Shown: one piece after another, positions 27,633 through 37,286 of the stretch
How the letters are laid out: each line of letters opens with the position of its first letter
How positions within the stretch are numbered: the stretch's first letter is position 1
Position numbers and translations under genes: made by a program
NCBI GenBank assembly: GCA_963663035.1
Contig: OY760074.1
Coordinates: 1,728,001 to 1,792,000, forward strand
Origin: Acidobacteriota bacterium
GTDB taxonomy: Bacteria; Acidobacteriota; UBA6911; RPQK01; JADFOI01
Length of the DNA stretch: 64,000 bases
Direction: 5' to 3'
Notes under the pieces: generated by a model
Databases searched by the model: none
What the model saw: only the letters and a program-made list of their open reading frames with translations
What the model was told of the DNA's origin: nothing

Positions 27633-29518
27633 GTAGCGCTGCCGCCGTTGCCATCAATGACGGTATAGGTGAAGCTGTCGCTGCCGTTAAAGTTGGTGTT
27701 GGGGGTATAGGTGATGGTGTCATCGACGTTGATCACAACCGTGCCATTGGTGGGCACCGTGGTGGCATTGACACTTAAAGTATCTCCATCCAGATCGCTG
27801 TCATTGGCCAAAACGTTGATGACAACGGCGGTGTCCTCATTGGTGGTGGCCCCATCATCCACGGCAGTAGGATCATCGTTGGTGCCATTGACGGTGACAT
27901 TGACGGTAGCGGTAGCGCTGCCGCCATTGCCATCGATCACGGTGTAGGTGAAGCTGTCTGCGCCGTTAAAGTTGGTATTGGGGGTATAGGTGATGGTTTG
28001 ATCGGCATTGATTGCAACCGTGCCATTGGTGGGCGTGGTGGTGGAATTGACCGTTAAAGTATCCCCATCCAGATCGCTGTCATTGGCCAAAACAGCAATG
28101 GCGACGGGCGTATCCTCGCTGGTGGTGGCACTATCATCCACCGCCGTGGGGTCATCATTAACGGGGGTGACAGTCACGTTGACGGTGGCCGTGGCGCTAC
28201 CACCGTTGCCATCGATGATGGTGTAGGTGAAGCTGTCGCTGCCGTTAAAGTTGCCATTCGGGGTATAGGTGATGGTTTGATCGGCATTGATTGCGACTGT
28301 GCCATTGGTGGGCGCGGTGGTGGAATTGACCGTTAAAGTATCCCCATCCAGATCGCTGTCATTGCCTAAAACAGCAATGGCGACGGGCGTATCCTCGCTG
28401 GTGGTGGCACTATCATCCACCGCCGTGGGGTCATCATTAACGGGGGTGACAGTCACGTTGACGGTGGCCGTGGCGCTACCACCGTTGCCATCGATGATGG
28501 TGTAGGTGAAGCTGTCGCTGCCGTTAAAGTTGCCATTCGGGGTATAGGTGATGGTTTGATCGGCATTGATTGCAACCGTGCCATTGGTGGGCGTGGTGGT
28601 GGAATTGACCGTTAAAGTATCTCCATCCAGATCACTGTCATTGGCCAAAACGGTAATGGTGACAGCCGTGTCTTCTTGGGTGGTGGCACTATCATCCACC
28701 GCAGTGGGATCATCATTGCCGGCATTGACGGTGACATCCACAGTAGCGGTAGCGCTGCCGCCGTTGCCATCAATGACGGTATAGGTGAAGCTGTCGCTGC
28801 CGTTAAAGTTGGTGTTGGGGGTATAGGTGATGGTGTCATCGACGTTGATCACAACCGTGCCATTGGTGGGCACCGTGGTGGCATTGACACTTAAAGTATC
28901 TCCATCCAGATCGCTGTCATTGGCCAAAACGTTGATGACAACGGCGGTGTCCTCATTGGTGGTGGCCCCATCATCCACGGCAGTAGGATCATCGTTGGTG
29001 CCATTGACGGTGACATTGACGGTGACATTGACGGTAGCGCTGCCGCCATTGCCATCGATCACGGTGTAGGTGAAGCTGTCTGCGCCGTTAAAGTTGGTAT
29101 TGGGGGTATAGGTGATGGTGTCATCGACGTTGATCACAACCGTGCCATTGGTGGGCACCGTGGTGGCATTGACACTTAAAGTATCTCCATCCAGATCGCT
29201 GTCATTGGCCAAAACAGCAATGGCGACGGGCGTATCCTCGCTGGTGGTGGCACTATCATCCACCGCCGTGGGGTCATCATTAACGGGGGTGACAGTCACG
29301 TTGAGAATGTCAAATGCCCATTCGTTCGTTCGCTGCAGCGCCTTTTCATTTCGGTCACACACAGAGACCACTTTTGCTTTTTCCAAGCTGCATAAATTTC
29401 TGACAATATTGGGACCCCAGTAACCGTATCCGACCACCCCAAAGCGGATAACATTGGGGTCACGTCTGAAGACGGTCTCCAACTGGATTGGGTGTGGCTG
29501 GCGGCTCAGGTTCATCAT
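27539..29518 (-). pseudogene. Chimeric ORF: Gfo/Idh/MocA oxidoreductase N-terminus fused to adhesin repeats, running into IS3
   Basis: IRFGVVGYGYWGPNIVRN...VCD Rossmann start (about 29330-29518), then repeats; the stop codon lies inside the IS. Confidence 0.8.
27633..29310 (-). repeat. Six cadherin-like / tandem-95 (Big_9-type) adhesin repeats, about 279-bp period, truncated by IS3
   Basis: NDDPTAVDD.ATT.EDT.V.I.VLANDSDLDGDTL.V...ITYTPN.NFNG.DSFTYT.IDGNGGSAT x6, near-identical at DNA level. Confidence 0.92.
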
Positions 29519-29533
29519 GATCTTACACTTTGC

Positions 29534-30721
29534 TCAATACGCGCCTTTGCCATTCAAGAGCACCCAAGGTGTCTGAAAGATCAGTTTCAGATCTAGCCAC
29601 AGCGACCACTCTCTTGTGTACTTCAGGTCCATGCGCACCATTTGGTCGAAGGTGGTATGACTGCGGCCCTTCACTTGCCAAAGCCCGGTAATTCCAGGTT
29701 GTCCCTCCAACACTCGACCTCTGTGCCAGAGATCATATCGTTCGTACTCGTAAGGAATGGGTGGCCTTGGCCCCACAAGGGACATTTCTCCTTTCAATAC
29801 GTTGAGAAACTGGGGAAACTCGTCAAGGCTCGTCCTTCGTAATAACCTCCCCAGCAGAGTTACCCTCGGATCCTGGCAAATTTTATAGATGTGAGTTGAG
29901 CCATCGGAAGCTCCGAGCTTCCCGCTAATAAATTGTTCGACGTATTTCTTATGGATCTTAGGCTTCGAGTCAACGTACATTGACCTGAACTTCAAAAAAG
30001 TGAATCTCTTTCCGTGCCGCCCTATTCTCTCCTGTTTGAATAGCATCGATCCTTTTGAGGTGAGCTTGATCAGTATCGAAATAGCGAGCAAGAGAGGAGA
30101 GAAGATGATTAAAGCCATAAGACTGCCGACGACGTCCATCATTCTCTTTATTACAAGCCGCTTCTTCTTACCTTGATTGCGTCCGGTTAGATCTGGATAA
30201 AGAGTCTTATCAGGCGAATCCCAGTGCTCTCTCGTTTTAGATTCTTCGGGAAAGAAGTGGAAAGATATCCGCATTTTGTCTACCGTTGCAGGGCCAAAAG
30301 TCTTACAAAGACTGATGTGCACTTTATTGCCGATCACTTGTCTTACCACGTTCTTATCTTTCCCATTGAGCTCTACAAAAATGACTCCGAGAGTACAGTC
30401 GTTGTTGTACCAGCCCTTGGCATCGATCTCTCGCGTGGAACAGCACAGAGCCCGCGCTATTTTCCTTAAAATTTGCTCTTTGTTACTGAACAGCCAGACC
30501 TTTTCGACATCGATGAGCATCAACAGAAAGGGGTCTCCAGAACGTTCGGTTCTCTTTCGCTCCAGATAGAGCTGTTTGTGAAAAATCTCTTGTGTCAAAA
30601 GACCACCTTCCTGGTCAAACAAAGAGGCTTGAACACTGCTGGTCGGCCGGGAGCGGTTTGATGGTTGATGCCACCACAACCTTTCCATGGTGTGCTTGTT
30701 GTCTTTTCGGTGAGAGCTCAT
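29534..30721 (-). CDS. Priming sugar transferase (Bac_transf family) with a degenerate GGDEF-like N-terminal domain
   Basis: KRMMDVVGS, FKQERIG, LKFRSM, DPRVT, SLDEFPQFLNVLKGEMSLVGPRP, PGITGLWQV. Start codon uncertain (30688-30766). Confidence 0.9.
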   Translation of the reverse strand: MSSHRKDNKHTMERLWWHQPSNRSRPTSSVQASLFDQEGGLLTQEIFHKQLYLERKRTERSGDPFLLMLIDVEKVWLFSNKEQILRKIARALCCSTREIDAKGWYNNDCTLGVIFVELNGKDKNVVRQVIGNKVHISLCKTFGPATVDKMRISFHFFPEESKTREHWDSPDKTLYPDLTGRNQGKKKRLVIKRMMDVVGSLMALIIFSPLLLAISILIKLTSKGSMLFKQERIGRHGKRFTFLKFRSMYVDSKPKIHKKYVEQFISGKLGASDGSTHIYKICQDPRVTLLGRLLRRTSLDEFPQFLNVLKGEMSLVGPRPPIPYEYERYDLWHRGRVLEGQPGITGLWQVKGRSHTTFDQMVRMDLKYTREWSLWLDLKLIFQTPWVLLNGKGAY

Positions 30722-30920
30722 CTTAGTTCTGCGCTTGTGAAGCGGCTTGTGCTTCGCACCTGTCACTTACAGTTTCCAATCTCCGAGACTGGAACTCTAC
30801 AGGCATATGCGACCTAGCCTGATTTGATAAAGAGGTAGCAGGACCTCAAAAACGGCAGCGGGACGGTAGTCTCGCTCAGCCAACCTCCAGGCGCTGCTAA
30901 TGTTAGATTAGCTCGGGCTT

Positions 30921-30986
30921 TCAGTCCCTACAGTTCTTGGGAATTACGCGACACAATTTTGGAATTTTGCGGCAGAGTGTTTGGAG
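30921..30986 (-). promoter_or_regulatory. Conserved intergenic element, copy C
   Basis: TCCCTACAGTTCTTGGGAATTA...GGAATTTTGCG.CAGA....TGGAG core (read on +) shared with 32411-32474 and 33223-33287. Confidence 0.7.
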
Positions 30987-31183
30987 CTGTCGGACCAAAA
31001 AAAGGTGCGAAGCTGAACGCCTCGGCGCTACTTATCCTGTGAGGAAGTGGAGACTGCGCTAGATTAATTTACCACCTTCCCCCCTTTGCTCAACCTGTCA
31101 TGAAACACAAACTCCACCAGGATAGTGCTCACCAAGTGTCATCTCTCTTCCAAGCAAGATAAGCTCTCCCTAAGGACTGCTCA

Positions 31184-32095
31184 TTATTGCTCGGAAGACA
31201 AGCCGGTTCCGTCGGAACAAAATCTCTTGCGATGTATTCCTGTTTCTGCCCTCCGCAATAACCAGACCGTAGGAAGTAGTAGCAGTAAAAGAGCTAAAGC
31301 AAAGTAGAGATCTCCCATGTGGTAGTGAGTGACGGAGGAAATGAAACTCCCATTCACATAAACGCCGAGAACAGTAAGCGTTGTAATGCGCAGCCCGTTC
31401 TGGAGAATAGCAATGGGGAAAATCGCAAGGACCAGGGCAGCTCGTGACCAATTTGTCTTGAGAAAGACTTGGCCTCCCAAGATGCTGATGATAAGGAGCA
31501 CTAGAGCTGAACGAATTCCAGAGCACGCTTTTGCAACTTCAATTTGGTATCCCGGAACCAAGAAATAGTTTCCCTCGCGAAGAAATGGCATTCCTGTTCC
31601 TTTAAGAAATACCGCAGTAAGCTCGACCGAAGCCTGCTGCAATACTACGACAATCTTGTCGAAGATAAAGCTAGGAACCGGAACTGCAAATAAGAGGAAA
31701 AGGACGGGGAATAATGTGGCTCACAGTGCCGAAAGTCCGTAGAAAGATATGAATCCGCCTGTCCAAATCGCTACAATCGAGAACATCATGAGACAGAGAT
31801 AGTCATTCTGCTCAAGTCGATCTCTTGAAGCTAAATAAAGGGCGAGAATTCCGACCAGAACTGGAAACGCTCCCCAAAAGAGAGAATACCGAGGTTGAGA
31901 GCAAATCTGGGTCCTTCTCTGATAAAAGAAACCCGCACTTACTAACGGAATCAAGACCATATGGGAGAGGGTACGATTCTGTTGTGGGCCGAGGGAAAAC
32001 TCTAACCACTCCATAATCAGCCCAGAAAAGGAGATTGTCACTACTAAAGTGAAAAAGGCAAATCCGATGTGTCTTAAGTCAAGCGTGTACTTCAC
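31184..32095 (-). pseudogene. Exosortase (EpsH/XrtA family) with one in-frame TGA at 31721-31723
   Basis: ORFs 31721-32095 and 31184-31642 are in the same frame (SAL*ATLFPVLFLLFAVPVP). Catalytic motifs VAKACSGIRS, NGLRI, VTH are retained. Confidence 0.88.
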
Positions 32096-32410
32096 AGACC
32101 AGGTGGGGATCTTTTGTTTACTTATATCTTTTGCTTCGCATCGACAAGTAGGAGCCCGCCGTCGACCGATTTGCCGAAGCCTACATGACAGGTGGGACTA
32201 CGCAAAAGAACTATCTTGCCGCTGGCCTCAGTTTGCGCTTCGCGCCTGTCACTTACAGCTTCCAACTCCAGGTGGGACCCAACAGGCTTATGAGACCTAG
32301 CCTTGAAGCACAGGGAAGGAGGATGCCCTTCAACATAGCAACGGGGCATCAGCGGTGAACAACGCACAGCCGACCTCCAAGCCCATCAATGTTAAGTAAG
32401 CAGAGGCTTT

Positions 32411-32474
32411 TAATCCCTACAGTTCTTGGGAATTAGGCGGCGACATTCGGGAATTTTGCGACAGAATTTTGGAG
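32411..32474 (-). promoter_or_regulatory. Conserved intergenic element, copy B
   Basis: Same core as copy C; similarity extends about 250 bp (32235-32480 vs 30750-30990). Confidence 0.7.
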
Positions 32475-32658
32475 ACAGTAGACAACTGGTATTAGACCAG
32501 GAGAGAGGAGACAATAATGTGGAAAGGAGCTTTAAAGACGACGTCGAACAAAGTCCCAGTCTGGCGGCCTCATCGACAGTTGATCAACGACGGCCAACAC
32601 CAAATAAGAGAAAAATCCCGCCTCTCTCAACTCCTGTCAATTGTATTGATTTCTTCCA

Positions 32659-33117
32659 TCAAAAATAACCGGGTACTTCAGCAACAACATCAAACTCATG
32701 GGGTGTTAAAGACGAGATCTCTTGGGATATCTTATCGGCTGTCCCCACCGGAACAGTACTTTTGGTGACGACGATCTTATAGCCGTCCATCGCCTTTGCG
32801 ATGGATCGCACCGCCTCCATGAGGTAGCTCAAGTCTGGGGAACCACCTTCACCTTCAGGAGTTCCAACGGCGATGGAAACCACCAGGGAGTTTCTCACCG
32901 CCCAGGGGAGGCCGGTGGTAAAATTGAGACGCTGTTCGTGCACATTTCGCTGGATCAATTCCTGCAAGCCGGGTTCATGAATCGGGATCCTGCCTCTTTT
33001 CAGTTCGGCAATCTTCTCTTTATCGACATCCATACAGATGACGTCATTGCCGGTTTCGGCGAAGCAAGTTCCCGCCACCAAGCCGACATAACCTGTTCCA
33101 ACTACACAGATCTTCAT
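32659..33117 (-). pseudogene. ugd: UDP-glucose 6-dehydrogenase, N-terminal third only
   Basis: MKICVVGTGYVGL, IHEPGL, IAVGTP, TKSTVPVGT. The ORF breaks off at FDVV, where SNPEFL is expected. Confidence 0.88.
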
Positions 33118-33222
33118 GACTTACGAAAAAACACGAAGAGAAGAAAGGAAGCAGAGGGCCTTAACCCTGAATCATTCGAAGCTCGCTTCCAAGCCATTCA
33201 AGGTTAAGTCAGGCTCAGACCT

Positions 33223-33287
33223 TCAGTCCCTACACTTCTTGGGAATTAGGCAGCTTAAAATGGGAATTTGGCGACAGAATTTTGGAG
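33223..33287 (-). promoter_or_regulatory. Conserved intergenic element, copy A
   Basis: Same core, immediately downstream of the NusG paralog. Confidence 0.7.
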
Positions 33288-33300
33288 TGTGGTCAGGCGG

Positions 33301-33807
33301 TCAGCTGATCTTCACTATGTCGCAAGCATCGACTTCGCAGGCGACTGCCTGTCGGATCAGGTCGATCGACAAGATGAATCTGTAGGCGCCCTTTTTCTCG
33401 AGGAGAATTCCCGGCAGTCCTTTCAGTGGACCTCTAACGATTTCCACTCGATCCCCTTCCACAATGTATGGGTAGGGGTCGTAGGGTAAGGTGCTGAAGA
33501 CCAGCCGCTTTACGGCTTGGAGTTGTCCTTCAGGGACAGCAACTGGCTCACCCTCGAACCCGATGATGCGAACCACCGAGGGAACCTTCAGAATATCCAG
33601 ACGCCGCTCTTGAATGGGAACGTGGACGAAAAGATAACCCGGGAAGAGAGGGAACTGAACTTTCTTTCTCCGGTCCTTCCATCTGGAGAGGACTTCACGA
33701 AGGGGCAAGAAGCACTCGATTTCCTTCTGCCACAACTGTTCAGCCACCACTTTCTCATGCCTGGACCTGGTCGTGAGGGCATACCAACGCAGCTCAGGAT
33801 CTGCCAT
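33301..33807 (-). CDS. UpxY/LoaP/RfaH-like NusG-paralog transcription antiterminator
   Basis: NGN domain WYALTTRSRHEK...WKDRRKKV.FPLFPGYLFV; KOW domain GDRVEIVRGPLKGL. Confidence 0.92.
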   Translation of the reverse strand: MADPELRWYALTTRSRHEKVVAEQLWQKEIECFLPLREVLSRWKDRRKKVQFPLFPGYLFVHVPIQERRLDILKVPSVVRIIGFEGEPVAVPEGQLQAVKRLVFSTLPYDPYPYIVEGDRVEIVRGPLKGLPGILLEKKGAYRFILSIDLIRQAVACEVDACDIVKIS

Positions 33808-33918
33808 GAAAAATCCTTTAGGTTAGGGTTGCGGTAGCATCATCAATCTACCATACCGAACCGACTGAACAGCAGGGTTGGAGTTGGCCCGTGGGCTCAC
33901 GAGATGCATCGGAAGGGG

Positions 33919-33944
33919 ATTCGGCACCCTGAGGTGCCTCCCAC
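33919..33944 (-). repeat. REP-like element
   Basis: GTGGGAGGCACCTCAG(G)GTGCCGAA on the minus strand. Confidence 0.65.
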
Positions 33945-35213
33945 ACTCTAGGGGCCTCGACTAAGACTCAATGCCGTACTGCTGGATTTTGGTGAGGAGG
34001 GTTTTGTAGCTGACTTTGAGTTCCTTGGCGGCCTTCCACCTGTTCCACTGCAATCTGCGTAGAGTCTTGGTAATCATGTCCTTCTCAGCCACGGCGGCCG
34101 CTTTCTTGCTGACTTTCTTCAGGTCCATCTCACCGTCGCCCTCTTGCAGGTACCTCTCGGCAATCTCATCGATCTCTTCCGAAACCCCTCCCGTCATTTT
34201 GTTTTCCAGCTCTGCTCGTATGGAATCGGCGTCCTGCAGAACAATATAGCGTTTGATCAGATTCTCTAATTCGCGGACGTTACCGGGCCAGTTAAAGGAG
34301 CAAAAGAGCTGCTCCAGGTCTTTGGGTAACTTGCTTTCGGTGCCGCCGTACTGGGGACCGAGCTTTTCCAGAAAATGCTTACAGAGGAGAGGAATCTCCT
34401 CTCGGCGCTCTCGTAGAGGAGGAATGTCAATGTTGACCACGGCTATCCGGTAGTAAAGATCTTCCCTGAATGTCCCGTCCTTCAGGGCTTTCTCCAGTGT
34501 CCGGTTGGTGGCGGCGATGATCCTGACATCGACCTCTGTCTCCTGGTTGCTCCCCAAGCGTGTGAACCTTCCCTCCTGAAGAACCTGCAGTAACTTGGCC
34601 TGGATGGAAGATGTAAATTCTCCAATCTCATCCAGGAAAATCGTCCCTCCGTTGGCAAACTCAAATTTCCCCACCCGGTCGATATGAGCACCGGTGAAAG
34701 CTCCCTTTCGGTAACCAAAAAGCTCGCTCTCCACCAACTCGGCGGGCATGGCTGCACAGTTCACCTTGACAAACGGCTGATCGCTTAAGCTGGACTTCTG
34801 ATGAATCATCCGAGCCACTAGATCTTTGCCGACACCGGTCTCTCCCTCAATCAGGACCGGAACCTTCGTTTCAGAAATCTGGAGAACCGTATTATAAACC
34901 CGCTCCATTTCTGTACCGGCGATGACAAGCTCAACCTCTTTTGGCTGAGTTTTGGTGTGGGCCCTTTCTAAAGGCCTCTTAGAATTGAGAGTCGTGGAGA
35001 TCGTCTGACACAACTGCTTAAACTCGATGGGCTTGCAGACGTAGTCCCTGGCTCCAGCCTGAATGGCCTGGACAATGCCTTGGGGGTCTCTGGAGGTCGA
35101 GAGTACAATGACAGGAGTCTGCTCAACATCTGCACAAATCTCCTGCAGACTGCGGCTGCCATTGTTTCCCTTCAACAATGGTTCAATGAATATGACTTCC
35201 GGCTGAACGTCGG

Positions 35214-36593
35214 GAGCTACCCTCAAAAGGTGTGTAAATAGCACAGGCGGTGATTATCCTTCCGGGTGAAAATAAAAACCCGGGCGGAAGAGCCCGAAAG
35301 GAAGGAGTCACACCGCCATGAGCAAGAAGAACATTGATCACAGTGTGGAGTCAAGAGTCTGCTTTGAACAGCTGGAAGAGTGGGTGCGAGAGCAGATCCA
35401 GTTTTACGTACAGGAACTGCTGGAGGATGAAGTGACACAGCTGCTGGGACGAAGAAAGAATGAGCGTCGCCGAGAAGTGGACGCCTCCGGTGGCTATCGC
35501 AACGGCTACGGCAAGGAGCGGCGACTGACGATGAGTTGCGGAACGATCAAGCTGCGGCGTCCCCGAGTGCGGGATCTGGAAGAGCGTTTTGAGAGCCGGG
35601 TCTTGCCGCTGTTTGCCAAGCGAACGCGAGAGGTACGAGACTTGATTCCAGAACTCTATTTACATGGTCTGGCCGAGGGGGATTTCGATCTGGCCTTGAG
35701 AGGGCTTTTAGGGGAAGAAGCGCCGCTGTCCCCCAGCACCGTAGCCCGGTTGAAACAGAAGTGGCAGGGAGAAATGGAGGCCTGGCAGAGCCGTCGGCTG
35801 GATGATCTGGAAGTCGTGTATTTGTGGGCGGACGGCGTGTACATCAAAGCAGGGCTGGAGAAGGAGAAGGCCGTGATTCTGGTAGTGATCGCCGCTTTAA
35901 GTGATGGCACTAAAGTGGTGGTGTCCGTCAGTAGTGGTTATCGAGAATCGACCCAGAGCTGGTCCGCAGTGCTGCGGGATCTCAAAGAGCGGGGGATGAA
36001 CCCACCCCGTCTGGTGATCGCTGACGGGCATCTGGGGATCTGGGGAGCGTTGCGCAACGTGTTCCCAGAAGCCGACGAGCAGAGATGCTGGAATCATCGC
36101 ATCGTCAACTTGCTGGCCAAGATCCCCAAGAGTCGGCACAAAGCGGCCTTGTTGATGTTGCGGCAGATCCCTTATGCAGAAACACGGCAGGAAGCCGAGC
36201 GAGTCAAAGGACGATTCCAACATTGGTGTAGCAAGAGAGGCCTGGAGGCAGCGGCTGATCTGATCGACCAGGACTGGGAGCGGATGGTGACGTTTTACAA
36301 CTATCCCAAACAGCAGTGGCAACATCTGCGGACTACCAACCCAGTGGAGTCTCCCTTCTCTGCTCTGCGACTGCGAACCGATGCTGCTCGAAGGTTCAAG
36401 AAAGTGGCCAACGCACGGGCTGTCATCTGGAAGATGCTGCTGGTCGCTGAGAAGAGATTTCGCCGTTTGAAGGCTCCCCACTTGATGAAGGATGTCTACC
36501 AAGGAGCCCAATATGTCAATGGAGTTCCAGTCAACCCAGTCACCCAGGAGAAAGCCGCCTGATGTCTATTTACACACTTATTGACGGAACCTC
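35214..36593 (+). mobile_element. IS256-family insertion sequence
   Basis: 28-bp imperfect IRs (GAGCTACCCTCAAAAGGTGTGTAAATAG / GAGGTTCCGTCAATAAGTGTGTAAATAG). 9-bp TSD GAACGTCGG at 35205-35213 and 36594-36602. Confidence 0.95.
35318..36562 (+). CDS. IS256-family transposase
   Basis: YRNGY, YLWADG, IADG, QRCWNH, RTTNPVES. Confidence 0.95.
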   Translation: MSKKNIDHSVESRVCFEQLEEWVREQIQFYVQELLEDEVTQLLGRRKNERRREVDASGGYRNGYGKERRLTMSCGTIKLRRPRVRDLEERFESRVLPLFAKRTREVRDLIPELYLHGLAEGDFDLALRGLLGEEAPLSPSTVARLKQKWQGEMEAWQSRRLDDLEVVYLWADGVYIKAGLEKEKAVILVVIAALSDGTKVVVSVSSGYRESTQSWSAVLRDLKERGMNPPRLVIADGHLGIWGALRNVFPEADEQRCWNHRIVNLLAKIPKSRHKAALLMLRQIPYAETRQEAERVKGRFQHWCSKRGLEAAADLIDQDWERMVTFYNYPKQQWQHLRTTNPVESPFSALRLRTDAARRFKKVANARAVIWKMLLVAEKRFRRLKAPHLMKDVYQGAQYVNGVPVNPVTQEKAA

Positions 36594-36814
36594 GAACGTC
36601 GGGGTCTTTGAGTAAGCTCTTGGCCTCATCCCAATCCGTGCTGGTGAGAACATCATAGCCAAAAGATTGAAGATTTTTACTGATGTACTGCAAAACTCCT
36701 TCTTCGTCGTCAACAATCAGGAGTTGGGGTAGTGGGTGGTTCATGTTGGTTGACTGATTGGGTAGAGGGAGTCCGAGAGAAGGGTGCCGTTAAGAGCTCT
36801 TCAACTCGAATCCT

Positions 36815-37054
36815 CTAGTTTAAACTAGGGCCGGGTTTTCGGCAGATCTTCGCTTGCGGTGACTTGTGCACCACATCTAAGGCGATCCGCAACTCTCGCT
36901 CATCTGTGAATTCTGATGCCGTTAGGCATTTCTGAGTGAGTTTTAGGAAATCGGCTTGGTATCTTTGAAGTTCATAATCTGTTAGGTCTGGCCGCTCCAG
37001 GAGGGATCCTAACCTTTGGACGACATCGATGAGTGACTCACTTTTCTGTGGCAT
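36815..37054 (-). CDS. 79-aa helical hypothetical protein, paralog of 8904-9143
   Basis: KSESLIDVV..LG.LL.RPDLT..E.QRY..DF.KLT.KCL..SEF shared with the paralog. Confidence 0.8.
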   Translation of the reverse strand: MPQKSESLIDVVQRLGSLLERPDLTDYELQRYQADFLKLTQKCLTASEFTDERELRIALDVVHKSPQAKICRKPGPSLN

Positions 37055-37066
37055 GCCACTCTGATA

Positions 37067-37082
37067 AGCAAGTTGCGTTCCA
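37067..37082 (-). promoter_or_regulatory. Sigma54 (-24/-12) promoter
   Basis: TGGAACGCAACTTGCT (GG-N10-GC, with TTGC). Confidence 0.78.
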
Positions 37083-37211
37083 TGAGATAAAGGATCAGGC
37101 GTGGAATCTATTTAGAGGCCCACAGTTCGTGGATTTGGGAACCGGTGGCGGATTGAGATCACGAGCCGAGAGGACTCCAATTCGTCAATTCCTTCAACTG
37201 AGAGCTTAAAG

Positions 37212-37229
37212 TGTCAACATCTGTTGACA
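37212..37229. promoter_or_regulatory. Palindrome with perfect 8-bp arms, putative enhancer
   Basis: TGTCAACA-TC-TGTTGACA, about 165 bp upstream of the predicted +1. Confidence 0.65.
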
Positions 37230-37286
37230 GAAGAGGTCACATCTTTTTATGTGAGAGGGATGAGGATTAGGGCGCCCAAGGGGGCG

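Larger units (their letters stand above)
33961..36744 (-). pseudogene. Sigma54-dependent (NtrC/PrsR-like) response regulator interrupted by IS256
   Basis: N-terminus LLIVDDEE (36603-36744) joins PDVQPEVIFIE (35213 down) once the IS is removed. Motifs GETGVGK, ESELFG, GAFTGA, FLDEIGE, WPGNVREL and a Fis-type HTH. Confidence 0.92.

Noticed and set aside
27633-29310. Long near-identical repeats as a possible CRISPR array
   Set aside because: The period is about 279 bp, the repeats are in-frame protein-coding, and there are no unique spacers or cas genes.
31721-31723. TGA as selenocysteine
   Set aside because: The position is a non-catalytic, Arg-like loop site, and no SECIS-like hairpin was recognised downstream.
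32310-32335. GGGCATCCTCCTTCC (minus strand) as a sigma54 promoter downstream of the three-copy element
   Set aside because: The -12 GC is missing and the equivalent site is not conserved in copies A and C.
33828-33840. GCGGTAGC resembling the RfaH ops element upstream of the NusG paralog
   Set aside because: It lies on the template strand for this minus-strand operon and is only a partial match.
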